This document shows positions 1-9,407 of a stretch of 64,000 nt of DNA, piece after piece. The notes below the pieces were generated by a model, which made no database searches, was not told the origin of the DNA, and worked only from the letters and a program-made list of their open reading frames with translations. Source of the DNA: Planctomycetota bacterium (GTDB lineage Bacteria > Planctomycetota > UBA1135 > UBA2386); assembly GCA_046290465.1 (NCBI GenBank), contig JBKAGP010000001.1, positions 4,416,001 to 4,480,000 on the forward strand. Reading direction: 5' to 3'. Each line of letters opens with the position of its first letter. Position 1 is the first letter of the stretch. The translations under genes were made by a program, and so were the position numbers.

Positions 1-594
1 GACGAGCCAGTCGGCGGAGTAGGCGAGCACGATGAAGCCGGCGCTCAGCAGCAGCGTGTGGATCAGCCAGCCGCGCGGCGTCGCCGGCGGTCGCTCCTCC
101 TGCAGGCCGAGCGCCTTGCGCTCGCGCCGTTCGCGCGCCAGCAGCTGGCCGACGAACACGACCAGCACCGTCAGCATGATCGCCGCGTGCCAGCGGGCCA
201 GGAACGAGCCGAAGAACGGCAGGCACAGGATCGCCGTCAGCAGCATCATGAAGCCGAGCTCGAACCAGCGCGTGCTCAGCTTGATCGAGCGGATCGCGGC
301 CGTCACCCCGACGATCAGCAGGATGTTCGCGATGTTGCTGCCCATGACGTTGCCCATCGCCAGGTCGGCGTGGTCGTCGGCCGCGGTCAGCGTCACCAGC
401 AGCTCCGGCAGCGACGTGCCGATCGACACCAGGGTCAGGCCGACGGCCATCTGGCTCATGCCCATGGTCAGCGCGATCCAGACCGCACCGCGCACCAGCA
501 GCTCGGCGCCGACGACCAGGCCGACGAGGCCGACCAGCACGGCGAGGATCGGGTAGTCGCTCGCCCAGGTCGGGTGATCCGCGAACAGAAGCAT
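1..594 (-). CDS. Calcium/sodium antiporter family protein (YrbG/CaCA-like), 3' end outside window
   Basis: Manual translation from ATG at 594: MLLFADHPTWASDYPILAVLVGLVGLVVGAELLVRGA...GLTLVSIGTSLPELLV...AMGNVMGSNIANILLIVG. Contains the alpha-repeat motifs GTSLPE and GNxxGSNIAN. Not in the ORF track because it runs off the edge. Confidence 0.9.
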   Translation of the reverse strand, partial: MLLFADHPTWASDYPILAVLVGLVGLVVGAELLVRGAVWIALTMGMSQMAVGLTLVSIGTSLPELLVTLTAADDHADLAMGNVMGSNIANILLIVGVTAAIRSIKLSTRWFELGFMMLLTAILCLPFFGSFLARWHAAIMLTVLVVFVGQLLARERRERKALGLQEERPPATPRGWLIHTLLLSAGFIVLAYSADWLV

Positions 595-690
595 GCGCGC
601 ATCCTACGCGGCGCGCCGCGAGACACCCGACATTTGCGCGCGCCGGTGATCGGCTCCAGATCGCCGGTGCCATCGGCCGATCAGAGCGTC

Positions 691-1413
691 ATGCGCGCGT
701 TCCGAACGTTGGCGCTGCTGAGCTGCCTGGTGCTCTGCGGCTGTCTGGAAATCGAACAGACGATCACGCTGAAGGCCGACGGGTCGGGCACGCAGACCGT
801 GAAGATGGATCTGCGCGACAGCCTGATCAAGGAGCTGCGCCAGCGGCAGCCGGCGGCGCGGCTGGGGGAGTCGGGCGACCCGACCGCGGTGTTCTACGAG
901 CAGAAGACGCGCACCGAACTGACGGCCGCCGGCCTGGAGCTGACCGCGCACAAGGTCGAGCAGAAGGGCGGCCACCGCACCGTCGACCTGACCGCGTCGT
1001 TCGGCGACTTCGAGACCCTGCGCAAGAGCCCGCTGTGCGGCTCGTCGGCCGAGTGGGAGCTGGTCGAAGGGCCGAAGCGGGGACTCGCCAAGCTGACGCT
1101 CTACCCGCAGGGCAAGGTCGCCTGGCAGCAGGCGCGCGCCCGCGCGGCGAAGATGCAGGACCAGCTCGACCCGGTCGCGGAGGAGTTCTTCCGCAAGCGG
1201 CAGGCGCAGCTGAAGGGGCTCGACGTCGCGTTCCGGTTCCGCGTGCCCGGCAAGGTGCTGGTCTGGACCAAGAACATGGAGAAGGTCTCGGATCACGAGG
1301 TGCTGGCGCGGGTTACCGCATCCCAGATCAAGACCCCGAAGGACCTCGTGCGGCGCCTGGCACCCCGCTATGAGCTGATCTTCGACGCGCGCGGCACCGA
1401 GCTGTTCGAGTAG
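691..1413 (+). CDS. Putative lipoprotein (LppM/DUF3153-like)
   Basis: MRAFRTLALLSCLVLCGC lipobox-like signal followed by 'ITLKADGSG'. Start moved from 58 to the ATG at 691. Confidence 0.65.
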   Translation: MRAFRTLALLSCLVLCGCLEIEQTITLKADGSGTQTVKMDLRDSLIKELRQRQPAARLGESGDPTAVFYEQKTRTELTAAGLELTAHKVEQKGGHRTVDLTASFGDFETLRKSPLCGSSAEWELVEGPKRGLAKLTLYPQGKVAWQQARARAAKMQDQLDPVAEEFFRKRQAQLKGLDVAFRFRVPGKVLVWTKNMEKVSDHEVLARVTASQIKTPKDLVRRLAPRYELIFDARGTELFE

Positions 1414-1480
1414 CCGCGCCTTACCGTTTCGGCTGCGAAACGGTCGGCCCGCGAGGCCGCGAGAAACCTCGGAACAGGCC

Positions 1481-1505
1481 GGAACCCGCCTGGGACGCAG
1501 GCGTT
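1481..1505 (+). promoter_or_regulatory. Candidate ECF sigma-dependent promoter (GGAAC-N17-GTT)
   Basis: GGAAC at 1481-1485 and GTT at 1503-1505, about 90 bp upstream of the VIT gene. Confidence 0.3.
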
Positions 1506-1593
1506 CGGCCCCGGCGCGGTACGCCTTCTGCCACGCCGGCCAACGCCGGCAATCCCGGCCGGCACTCCCTGCCGGTGACCTCGAGGTTCTCCA

Positions 1594-4032
1594 ATGACCC
1601 GTCTGTTCCAGACCTTCGCGTTCCTTCTCTCCGCGCCACTGATGGCGCAGGGCCTGCTGATCGGGCCCGACCCGCAGGCCGCGACGACGACCACGCCGTC
1701 GACGTCGCACACGACCCGGCCCGGCGTGCACATCACCAGCACCAAGGTGCACGCCAAGATCGTCGACGGCGTCGCGACCACGACGATCGACCAGGTGATC
1801 CGCAACAACGGCAACCGCATCGCCGAGGGCACCTGGTTCCTGCCATTGCCGGCGGGTGCGGTGGCCGACGCGTTCACGATGAGCGTCGGCGGCAAGGAGA
1901 TCTCGGGAGAGGTGCTCGACGCCGGCCAGGCGCGCAACGTCTACGAGTCGATCGTGCGCCGCCGCCGCGATCCGGGGCTGCTCGAATACGCCGGCGAAGG
2001 CATGCTGCGCGCGCGCATCTTCCCGATCCCGGCCAACGGTGAGGTCGGCGTCACGGTGCGGCTGCGGCAGGTGATCCAGCCGACTGGCGGGATGTACGAG
2101 TGGAGCTGGCCGTTGCGCGTGGCGCGGCTCGGCGATGCGAAGTCGGGGCCGATCGGTCTGCAGGTCGAGATCGAGTCGCAGACGGCGCTCAGCTCGGTCG
2201 TCACGCCGCACCCGGGCGCCGAGGTCAAGCGCAGTGGTGAGCACAAGGCACTGGTCAGCGTCGAGGGGGCGAACGGCGACTTCGAGGACCTGCGCGTGCT
2301 CTACGGCCTGACCACGCAGGAGTTCGGCCTGCACCTGCTGCCCTACCGGATGAAGGGCGAGCCGGGCTACTTCACGGCCCTGCTGTCGCCGCCGCGCACG
2401 CTCGCCGACGCCAAGGTCCCGCCGCGGCTGGTGCAGCTGGTCGTCGACACGTCGGGCTCGATGAAGGGCGACAAGATCCAGCAGGCCAAGGCGTCGCTGG
2501 GCACGTTCTTGAAGAGCCTGCGCGAGGAGGACGAGTTCCAGATCCTGACGTTCAGTTCGGCGGTGCAGCCGTTCTTCGAGGCGCCGCGCAAGGCGACCGC
2601 GGCGAACGTCGAGGCCGCGCTGGCGCGCGTCGGCACGCTCGAGGCGATGGGCGGCACCAACATCGGCGACGCGCTGCAGGCGGCGCTCGATGCGACCGCG
2701 CCCAAGGACGACGGTCGGGCGCTGCTGCCGCAGATCATCTTCATCACCGACGGCCAGCCGACGGTCGGCCTGACGCGGCCCAACCAGATCCTCGAGCTGA
2801 CCCGGCAGGCCGACAAGGCCAAGGCGCGCATCTTCGCGCTCGGCGTCGGCGACCAGATCGACGTGCGTCTGCTCGACGACCTGGTCGAGCAGCACCGTGG
2901 TGCGCGTGACTTCGTCGGCAACAAGGAGAAGATCGAGGCCAAGGTCGACGCGCTGTGCCAGAAGATCTCGCGGCCGGCGCTGACCGACGTGAAGGTGCAG
3001 TTCGTCGGGCTCGACGCGTTCCAGTCGCACCCCGACAAGACGCGGGACCTGTTCTGTGGCGAGATGATGCAGATCGTCGGTCGCTACCGCAGCACCGGCA
3101 CGCACACGGTCGTCGTGACCGGCAAGCAGAACGGCGTCGAGAAGCACTACGAGTTCTCGGTCGACTTCCCGGAGGCGTCGGCGAAGCACTCGTTCGTGCA
3201 GACGCTGTGGGCGCGCCAACACGTGGCGTCGCTGCTCGACGAGATCCGTCGCAACGGCCAGAAGCGCGAACTGATCACCGAGGTCCGTTCGCTGGCGACG
3301 CGCTACGGCATCGTCACGCCCTACACGTCGCAGCTGATCGTCGAGGAGGGCATGCGCCTGGCCGGTGAGGTGCCGCAGCCGCAGCGCCGCTACCGTGGTC
3401 CGGGCGACAGCACGCCGCGTTGGGGCGATCGACGCGGAGGTCGGGTCGCGCTGGGTGGCGGTGGTGGTGGTGCCACCGGTGGGCCGTCGGGTCCGGGTGC
3501 TCCGGCGCCTTCGGGTCCGTCGACGGGCGGGCCGACCGGGTCGGCCGGTGCTCCCGCTGCGAGTGGTCCGATCACGGGTGGCCGCGGCCTCGCGGACCTC
3601 GGCCGCGCCCGCACCGGTCGCAACGCCGTCGAGGAGAGCAAGGCGCTGAAGCCGGCGGCCGACGACTTCTACCTCGGCAGCACGCGTCAGGCGAAGAAGA
3701 AGGGTTCGGCTCCGGATGGCGAGGCCGACGATGCCAAGGATCGCGAACTGATCGTGCGGGCCGTGGGCCGCGTGTTCGTGCGGGTCGGCGAGGACCTGGT
3801 CGAACAGGGGCTGCCGAAGGAGTGGCGCAGGCAGGTCGTGGTCGTCGAGGCGTTCTCGAAGGCCTACTTCGAACTGCTGAAGCAGAAGCCGGCGCTCAGC
3901 AAGATCCTGGCGCTCGGCGAGCGCGTCGTCTTCCGCGACGGCAAGCGCATCGTGCACGTGAAGCCGGCGAAGCCGGTCGAGCCCGCCAAGGGTGCGGAGC
4001 AACCGGCCGAGAAGAAGGCCGTGATCAAGTAG
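1594..4032 (+). CDS. Secreted VIT + von Willebrand factor A domain protein
   Basis: Signal peptide; VIT domain (ATTTIDQVIRN..EG.W.LPLP..A..F...GE); vWA MIDAS DTSGS...GGTNI...ITDG; Gly/Pro-rich linker near the C-terminus. Confidence 0.9.
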   Translation: MTRLFQTFAFLLSAPLMAQGLLIGPDPQAATTTTPSTSHTTRPGVHITSTKVHAKIVDGVATTTIDQVIRNNGNRIAEGTWFLPLPAGAVADAFTMSVGGKEISGEVLDAGQARNVYESIVRRRRDPGLLEYAGEGMLRARIFPIPANGEVGVTVRLRQVIQPTGGMYEWSWPLRVARLGDAKSGPIGLQVEIESQTALSSVVTPHPGAEVKRSGEHKALVSVEGANGDFEDLRVLYGLTTQEFGLHLLPYRMKGEPGYFTALLSPPRTLADAKVPPRLVQLVVDTSGSMKGDKIQQAKASLGTFLKSLREEDEFQILTFSSAVQPFFEAPRKATAANVEAALARVGTLEAMGGTNIGDALQAALDATAPKDDGRALLPQIIFITDGQPTVGLTRPNQILELTRQADKAKARIFALGVGDQIDVRLLDDLVEQHRGARDFVGNKEKIEAKVDALCQKISRPALTDVKVQFVGLDAFQSHPDKTRDLFCGEMMQIVGRYRSTGTHTVVVTGKQNGVEKHYEFSVDFPEASAKHSFVQTLWARQHVASLLDEIRRNGQKRELITEVRSLATRYGIVTPYTSQLIVEEGMRLAGEVPQPQRRYRGPGDSTPRWGDRRGGRVALGGGGGGATGGPSGPGAPAPSGPSTGGPTGSAGAPAASGPITGGRGLADLGRARTGRNAVEESKALKPAADDFYLGSTRQAKKKGSAPDGEADDAKDRELIVRAVGRVFVRVGEDLVEQGLPKEWRRQVVVVEAFSKAYFELLKQKPALSKILALGERVVFRDGKRIVHVKPAKPVEPAKGAEQPAEKKAVIK

Positions 4033-4072
4033 CGCGCTCGCAGTCGGGCGCCGGCCGCGCGACGATGCCGAC

Positions 4073-4408
4073 ATGATCGGCATCGCGCGCTGGCTGTTCA
4101 CGTTGGTGGGAGGGGTGCTGGTCGGCGCCGGCCTCGTGCTGCACGGCCAGGTCGCGCTGGCGCGCTACATGCGCGACGAGGTCGACAACACGTTCTTCCT
4201 GTGGCGCGCGCTGGGCGAGGCGACGTTCGTGTTCCAGGGCGGTGAGACGCGGATGGCGCTCGCCATGTCCGAGGTGCCGCCCGAAGCGCTGCATCACAGC
4301 GACCGCGCCGCGTGGGTGCTGGTCATCGTCGGGGGGCTGGTCGCGCTGACCGGCCCGCTGCTGCGGCGCGGCCGCGGCGGCAGACCGCAAGCCGCCAGGA
4401 AGCGCTGA
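4073..4408 (+). CDS. Hypothetical small membrane protein (two hydrophobic segments)
   Basis: 111 aa, hydrophobic N- and C-terminal stretches, follows the VIT gene by 40 bp. Confidence 0.6.
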   Translation: MIGIARWLFTLVGGVLVGAGLVLHGQVALARYMRDEVDNTFFLWRALGEATFVFQGGETRMALAMSEVPPEALHHSDRAAWVLVIVGGLVALTGPLLRRGRGGRPQAARKR

Positions 4409-4500
4409 TCCGTCGGTCTGCGTCCCGCAGGCGCTGGTTCGCCCCGCGGCGGGAGTCGTTGCGCCCGCGACGGCCGGAGCCGGTCCGTGAGGCCTCGTCC

Positions 4501-4543
4501 CGGAACCACAGAGTTGCGGACCAGAGTTGCGGAACCAGAGTTG
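4501..4543. repeat. Three imperfect direct repeats, core CAGAGTTG (13-16 bp units)
   Basis: cggaaccacagagttg / cggaccagagttg / cggaaccagagttg between convergent genes. Confidence 0.7.
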
Positions 4544-4548
4544 CCGAC

Positions 4549-6327
4549 TCAGACGTCGCGGAACTTGCCGCCGTTCTCCTTGGCCATGCGGCGCATCAGC
4601 TCCTTGGGGGTGAGGCTCATGCCGCGTTGCTGGGCGGCGACCTGGGGGGGCGTCTCGGAGCTGATGAAGACCGTGTTGATGCGCACTTCCTTGAAGCGGT
4701 TGACCTCCTGCGTCAGGCGCAGGATCTCGACCGGGTCGATGACGTCGCCGACCGAGGGCGCGCCGTCCGACAGCAGGAAGATCTCGTCGACGGTGGTCTC
4801 GTAGTGGTTGCCGTAGACCAGCGTCTTGATGCCGAGCGCCTTCTCCATGCCGCTCCACAGGTTGGTGCCGCCGAGCGGGCGCAGCTTCTCGACGAACTTG
4901 GCGAACCGCTGCTTGTTGCGCTTGTTGGCCGGGATCAGGTCCTTGTTCCAGGCTTCGGCCTCGTCGTCGCCGTTGAACGTCACCAGGTTGAACTGCGCGT
5001 TCGGCGCGAGGCCGTCGACCGCCTTCATCAGCTCGCGCTTGGCGTAGTCGAGGCGGCGCAGCTTCTTGCCGCCGTCGTTCATCGGCCAGTCCATGCTGCC
5101 GGACAGGTCGAGGATGAACACGACGCGCGTGCCCTCGACCGGGATGCCGACGAACCCGGCGGCCGACGTGCCCGAGCTTGGCTTCGTGTCCGAGGTCGGC
5201 GTCGTCGCGACGACCATCTTGTCCTGCTCGCGGTCCCACAGCTCGCGCCACTTGTCGGGCTGGTCCGCCGAGAACACCGCGCCGGTCATGCCGACCAGCA
5301 GCTCATGCGCCTTGAACTGCAGCAGGCCGGACAGCCGGCCGTTCTCGACGTCCTTCGGGTTGTCGCGGAAGCGCTCGAGCACGGCGATCAGCGCCGGCAC
5401 GGCTTCGACCGAACGGAAGTCGTCGAGCAGCCGGACCAGCACCATGTCGGCGCGCCAGGTGGTGCGGCCGAGCGCCGAGATCGCGGCGCGCACCGCGTCG
5501 CGCGCGGTCGGCGGCGGCGGCAGCGGCTTCTCGTCGGCCTTCGGCGCGTCGTCGCGCAGCTTGCCGCGATTGCGCTTGTCCTCTTCCTTGCGGCGGTGTT
5601 CGCCGTAGATCTTGCGCAGCGCCTTGGCGGCAGTGACCAGCACCGCGTCGTCGGCTTCGTTCTCGAGCACGCCGATCAGGGCCTTCTGCGACGCGGTGTC
5701 GCCGATGTGCTCGAGCGCCTGCACCGCGTGCAGCCGCGTGACGACGTCGTCGTCGCCGAGCGCACCGGTGATCACCTCCGCGTAGGCTGGATCGCCGATG
5801 TGGCCGAGACCGAGCAGGGCCGCAGCGCGCAGCGCCGACGCGCCCTTGCGCACCTTCCACTCGCCGCGCGCGCCGGCCGCCAGCTCGTCCTTCGCCGGCT
5901 TGCCGCCCATCTTGGCGAGCGCCGCCAGCGCCTTCGAACGCACGCTGTAGGGCGCCATCGCGTAGGTGTACTTGCCCTTGTCGTCGAGCCCGACCGCGGC
6001 CACCTCGGCGATCGCGCGCGCCGCTTCGGCGTCGTTGCGCTCGGCCAGCACCTTGAGGATCAGCTCGAGGTCGCCGGCCCAGGTCGGGTTGCCGAGGTCG
6101 TTCTTGTCGCGGACCTTGTACTTGAGCGCGACCGACTTCTTGCCGAGCGGCTGCGGGCTACGGAAGTCGATCCGGCCCTTGCGGTAGAGCTTCATCCACG
6201 CGTCGAGCGCCTTCAGCGGTCGGGCGTCGGAGCCTTGGACGTGGTGGACGACGGGCGCCGTCGCGGGGCGCTCGACGGGCGTCGTGGGGGCGACGCAGCA
6301 GATCGTGGCGAACAGGAGTGCGAGCAT
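4549..6327 (-). CDS. HEAT-repeat + C-terminal vWA domain protein, probably exported
   Basis: Hydrophobic N-terminus MLALLFATICC; HEAT-like repeats (RAAALLGLGHIG, RLHAVQALEHIG); vWA DLSGSM...GGTNL...LSDGAP. Confidence 0.85.
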   Translation of the reverse strand: MLALLFATICCVAPTTPVERPATAPVVHHVQGSDARPLKALDAWMKLYRKGRIDFRSPQPLGKKSVALKYKVRDKNDLGNPTWAGDLELILKVLAERNDAEAARAIAEVAAVGLDDKGKYTYAMAPYSVRSKALAALAKMGGKPAKDELAAGARGEWKVRKGASALRAAALLGLGHIGDPAYAEVITGALGDDDVVTRLHAVQALEHIGDTASQKALIGVLENEADDAVLVTAAKALRKIYGEHRRKEEDKRNRGKLRDDAPKADEKPLPPPPTARDAVRAAISALGRTTWRADMVLVRLLDDFRSVEAVPALIAVLERFRDNPKDVENGRLSGLLQFKAHELLVGMTGAVFSADQPDKWRELWDREQDKMVVATTPTSDTKPSSGTSAAGFVGIPVEGTRVVFILDLSGSMDWPMNDGGKKLRRLDYAKRELMKAVDGLAPNAQFNLVTFNGDDEAEAWNKDLIPANKRNKQRFAKFVEKLRPLGGTNLWSGMEKALGIKTLVYGNHYETTVDEIFLLSDGAPSVGDVIDPVEILRLTQEVNRFKEVRINTVFISSETPPQVAAQQRGMSLTPKELMRRMAKENGGKFRDV

Positions 6328-6394
6328 CTCGGTGGAGGCCGGCTGGGAGCCGGCAGGCCCCACTCTAGCCAGGACCGCCGCCGAGTTGCGCGCG

Positions 6395-7567
6395 TCAGCG
6401 ACCTTCGTGCACTTCGATCTCGAACGTCACCTGTCCCTGCTCGCCGAACATGCGCAGCAGGGTGTCGTGGCGCACGACCTCGCTGCGCGGCGCGACCCAG
6501 CTCGGGCCGCAGCTGCTCTCGACGACCTTCATGTTGGGCAGGATGGTCGTCATCGAGCCGTGCAGGTCGCTCATGTCGCCGAACACGACGAACAGCTTCG
6601 GGAAGACCTCGGGCCGGCGCGTGTTGAGCTCCTTGAGTTCGAGCTGCTCACGCTGCGGGTCGCTGGCGACCGGCAGGCCGATGTACTTGGTCACGTTGGC
6701 GAGGCGGCGTCGTTCCAGCGCCGGGCCGTAGAAGCGCTCGATGTCCTCCTCCGGCGCGTGCTCGGACAGGCTGGGCACCCGCTCGAGCCAGGTCACGGCG
6801 AAGTCCAGGTCGCGCTGCAGGTCGGCGTCGCGGATGAACAGCCGCTCGCGTTCGCGCAGGTCGATCAGCAGCTCGCCGAAGTCCCGCAGTTCGCTGGCGT
6901 TGTCGATGACCCGGCGGATCGCGGCGACGCGGTTGCTGTCCGGATCGCGCATCATGCGCATGCCGATCGACGCCTCGTGGTAGCGCTGCTCCAGCTGGTT
7001 GGCCGCCTCGCGGGCCAGCACCTGCATCGTCAGCGGCTGTGCGTTGGAGAATAGCGGGTTGCTGGTGAGCGCCGGGCTGGCCGAACGCATGTGCTGGCGC
7101 GGCTGCAGGCCGCTCGGGCCGCGGTCGTTGCTGGCCAGCGTCTCGTGCGGGCGCGGCTGCATCGTGCCGCCGTCCACGTCGGGATTGCTGCGGGCGATGT
7201 CGTGGCCGGTCGACGGCGCCGGGTCGTCCTTCTGCAAGAACGTCACGCCGATCAGCAGCGCGGCGGCGGCGGCGGCGCCGGTCAGCCCGTAGCGCACCTT
7301 GGTCCAGATGGCGACCGGCTCGTGGAACACCGCGTCCGGGGTGCCTTCGCCGGCGTGGATGCGCTCCCACAGGCCTTCGCGGAACTGGTGGCCGACCTCG
7401 GTCGGCTTCAGCGACAGCGTCAGGTTCTGGGCGGCCTGGAGCTCCTTCCAGAACTGGCCGCAAGACTCGCACGACTCGGCGTGGTCGAGCACGACAGCGC
7501 GGCGACCCGACGGCAGACGGCCGTCGAGGCACTGGGACAGTTCGTAGCGACAGGTGTTGCAGTTCAT
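6395..7567 (-). CDS. Zinc-finger (ZAS, zf-HC2) anti-sigma factor with TM helix and large C-terminal domain
   Basis: MNC...LDGRL...HAESCESC (HxxxCxxC); TM AAAAAALLIGVTF; directly downstream of an ECF sigma. Confidence 0.85.
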   Translation of the reverse strand: MNCNTCRYELSQCLDGRLPSGRRAVVLDHAESCESCGQFWKELQAAQNLTLSLKPTEVGHQFREGLWERIHAGEGTPDAVFHEPVAIWTKVRYGLTGAAAAAALLIGVTFLQKDDPAPSTGHDIARSNPDVDGGTMQPRPHETLASNDRGPSGLQPRQHMRSASPALTSNPLFSNAQPLTMQVLAREAANQLEQRYHEASIGMRMMRDPDSNRVAAIRRVIDNASELRDFGELLIDLRERERLFIRDADLQRDLDFAVTWLERVPSLSEHAPEEDIERFYGPALERRRLANVTKYIGLPVASDPQREQLELKELNTRRPEVFPKLFVVFGDMSDLHGSMTTILPNMKVVESSCGPSWVAPRSEVVRHDTLLRMFGEQGQVTFEIEVHEGR

Positions 7568-7583
7568 TGGCTGTGTGTCGTCC

Positions 7584-8144
7584 TCACACCTTGATCAGGC
7601 GACTGACCAGCGAGGTGAAACGTTGGCGCGCGCGGAACAGGCGCGTCGAGACCGTCTTGACCGGGCAGCCCATCACGGCGGCTGCATCCTCGTAACTCAT
7701 CCCTTCGACTTCGCAGAGCAGGAAGGCCTCCCGGAACTTGGTCGGCAGCTCCGCGATTGCCTGCTCGATCGCCTCCTGCGCCTCGCGGGTCTCGGCGACC
7801 TCGTCGGGCTGCTCGCTGGTGCCGTCCTGCGGCGTGAACGGCTGCTCGTCGTCCTTCTGCAGGTCGCGGAACAGGCTCAGCTTGAACTTGCGGCGACGCA
7901 GCTGGTCGAGGCACAGGTTGCGCGCGACGCGGAACAGCCAGGGGCGGAACGCGGCGGTCGGCACCTGGTTGAGGTGGCGGTAGAGCGCCAGGAATGCGTC
8001 TTGCGCGACGTCCTCGGCGGCGATCGGGTCCCCGAGCAGCCGGCTCGCGTAGGCCTTGAGGCTGTCGGCGTGCTCGGCCAGGGCGCGATGGTAGGCGACC
8101 ATCGTGACCGGATCTGGCTGGTACTCGGTGTTGGACTGGGCCAT
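7584..8144 (-). CDS. ECF-family RNA polymerase sigma factor
   Basis: AAEDVAQDAF, FRPWLFRVARNLCLD, region 4 EGMSYEDAAAVMGCPVKTVSTRLFRAR. Confidence 0.95.
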   Translation of the reverse strand: MAQSNTEYQPDPVTMVAYHRALAEHADSLKAYASRLLGDPIAAEDVAQDAFLALYRHLNQVPTAAFRPWLFRVARNLCLDQLRRRKFKLSLFRDLQKDDEQPFTPQDGTSEQPDEVAETREAQEAIEQAIAELPTKFREAFLLCEVEGMSYEDAAAVMGCPVKTVSTRLFRARQRFTSLVSRLIKV

Positions 8145-8287
8145 GCGAGAGGGGTTCGGGACGGATTCCGCAGCCTCAGGGTATCATCGGCTGTGGATAG
8201 ACCTTGGAGGACGGCAACGGTGGGGGGAAACTCCTTGGACGGCGAAAATCGCTCGCTGCAGCGAGGTTCGGCCTAATCGAGGATCCC

Positions 8288-9160
8288 ATGAGCCGCACCG
8301 ACCGCGCCACCCGTCCGTTCCTTGCCATCGCCGCCACCGTGCTCGCGGTGCTGCCGGGGTGCACGCACCGCGCGATCGATCAGGTCGACGGCGCGCTGCC
8401 GATCCCGGCGGGGGTCACGTCGATCCGGGTCGAACTCGAGAACGGCACCCTCGACGTGGCGCCGCCCGAGGGCGCCGAGCAGGCCGCGCAGCTCACCTAC
8501 ATGGGCGGCGTGCGCATGGACGCGGCCGACGACCAGCAGCTGCAGCAATTGGTCGCCAGCCGGCACCAGCTGGTCGCCGCCGTCGACGCCGAGGACCCGA
8601 CGGTGCTGGTCGTTCGCGGTCCGCAGCTGCCGGCCGGGGTGCAGGGCATGATCGCCTACGAAGGCCACATCCGCGTGCCGGTCGCGATGCCGCTCGAGGT
8701 CGTCGTCGCCAACAACGGCCACGTCACGCTGGTCGGACGGCGCGCGCCATCCAAGGTGCGCACGCGCCGCGGCGACCTGCGGTTCGACGACTGCCGGGCC
8801 GCGATCAAGGCGACCACCGGACAGGGCAACGTGATCGCGTACGACCACCGTGGCGACCTCGACGTGCGCAGCCAGGGCGGCGACATGCAGGCGTTCGTCG
8901 TCGAGCCGGGCGAGGTGCTGACGCTCAGCACCGGCAAGGGCACGGTGCAGTGCCACGTCCCCGAGTCGATCGATTGCCGTGTCGAAGGTCGCGCCGAGAT
9001 CGGCCGCATCGGCAACGATTTCGAGTTCGACGTCACCAAGCCCTCGCCATACAGCGCGGCGATGACCGGTATTCGAGGGGGCGGAAGGACTAAGGTCGTC
9101 CTCCGCACCGCCGCGGGGCACATCGCGATGCGCCGCCTGCAGCCGCGCAAGTCGGACTGA
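8288..9160 (+). CDS. Lipoprotein with DUF4097/adhesin-like beta-strand repeats
   Basis: Signal ending LPGC; repeated 'T..G.V/I' beta motifs (TRRGDL, TGQGNV, SQGGDM, TGKGTV, TAAGHI). Confidence 0.75.
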   Translation: MSRTDRATRPFLAIAATVLAVLPGCTHRAIDQVDGALPIPAGVTSIRVELENGTLDVAPPEGAEQAAQLTYMGGVRMDAADDQQLQQLVASRHQLVAAVDAEDPTVLVVRGPQLPAGVQGMIAYEGHIRVPVAMPLEVVVANNGHVTLVGRRAPSKVRTRRGDLRFDDCRAAIKATTGQGNVIAYDHRGDLDVRSQGGDMQAFVVEPGEVLTLSTGKGTVQCHVPESIDCRVEGRAEIGRIGNDFEFDVTKPSPYSAAMTGIRGGGRTKVVLRTAAGHIAMRRLQPRKSD

Positions 9161-9407
9161 GAACGTCGTTTCTGTCTGACAAACCGGTCAAAGCGGCGGT
9201 CGTCCCGTTACCCGCGGACCCGCTGGCGCTAGGGCGCGGGGGACCAAAGATCCCGGCTTCCATTCGGAAATGTCGGCAGGTACCTCACGTCTTCGCCCAC
9301 GTCGCGTAGCAACCAACTCGCCCCCAAGACCCCTGACCCCAAGCTGCCCGAAGCCGCATTTGCGGATCGCTGCTGCAAATGCCCCCGCACGGGTGGACCG
9401 ACCACTC

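Noticed and set aside
1559..1575. CCGGCA-CTCCC-TGCCGG palindrome like the flagellar enhancer motif
   Set aside because: Single copy, 18 bp from a start codon, no sigma54 site seen; likely chance at this GC content.
3454..3570. GGT-rich low-complexity tract
   Set aside because: Encodes the Gly/Pro/Ser linker of the VIT-vWA protein.
604..4101. 1165-aa minus-strand ORF and many other long overlapping ORFs (e.g. 4312-6627, 11636-13666, 50730-53027)
   Set aside because: Antisense or off-frame shadows of real genes in very GC-rich DNA; Arg/Ala/Gly-rich with no motifs.
8184..8210. Sigma28 promoter upstream of the ECF sigma (GCCGATGA on the minus strand)
   Set aside because: No -35 element at the 15-bp spacing; the nearest CCAA is only 12 bp away.
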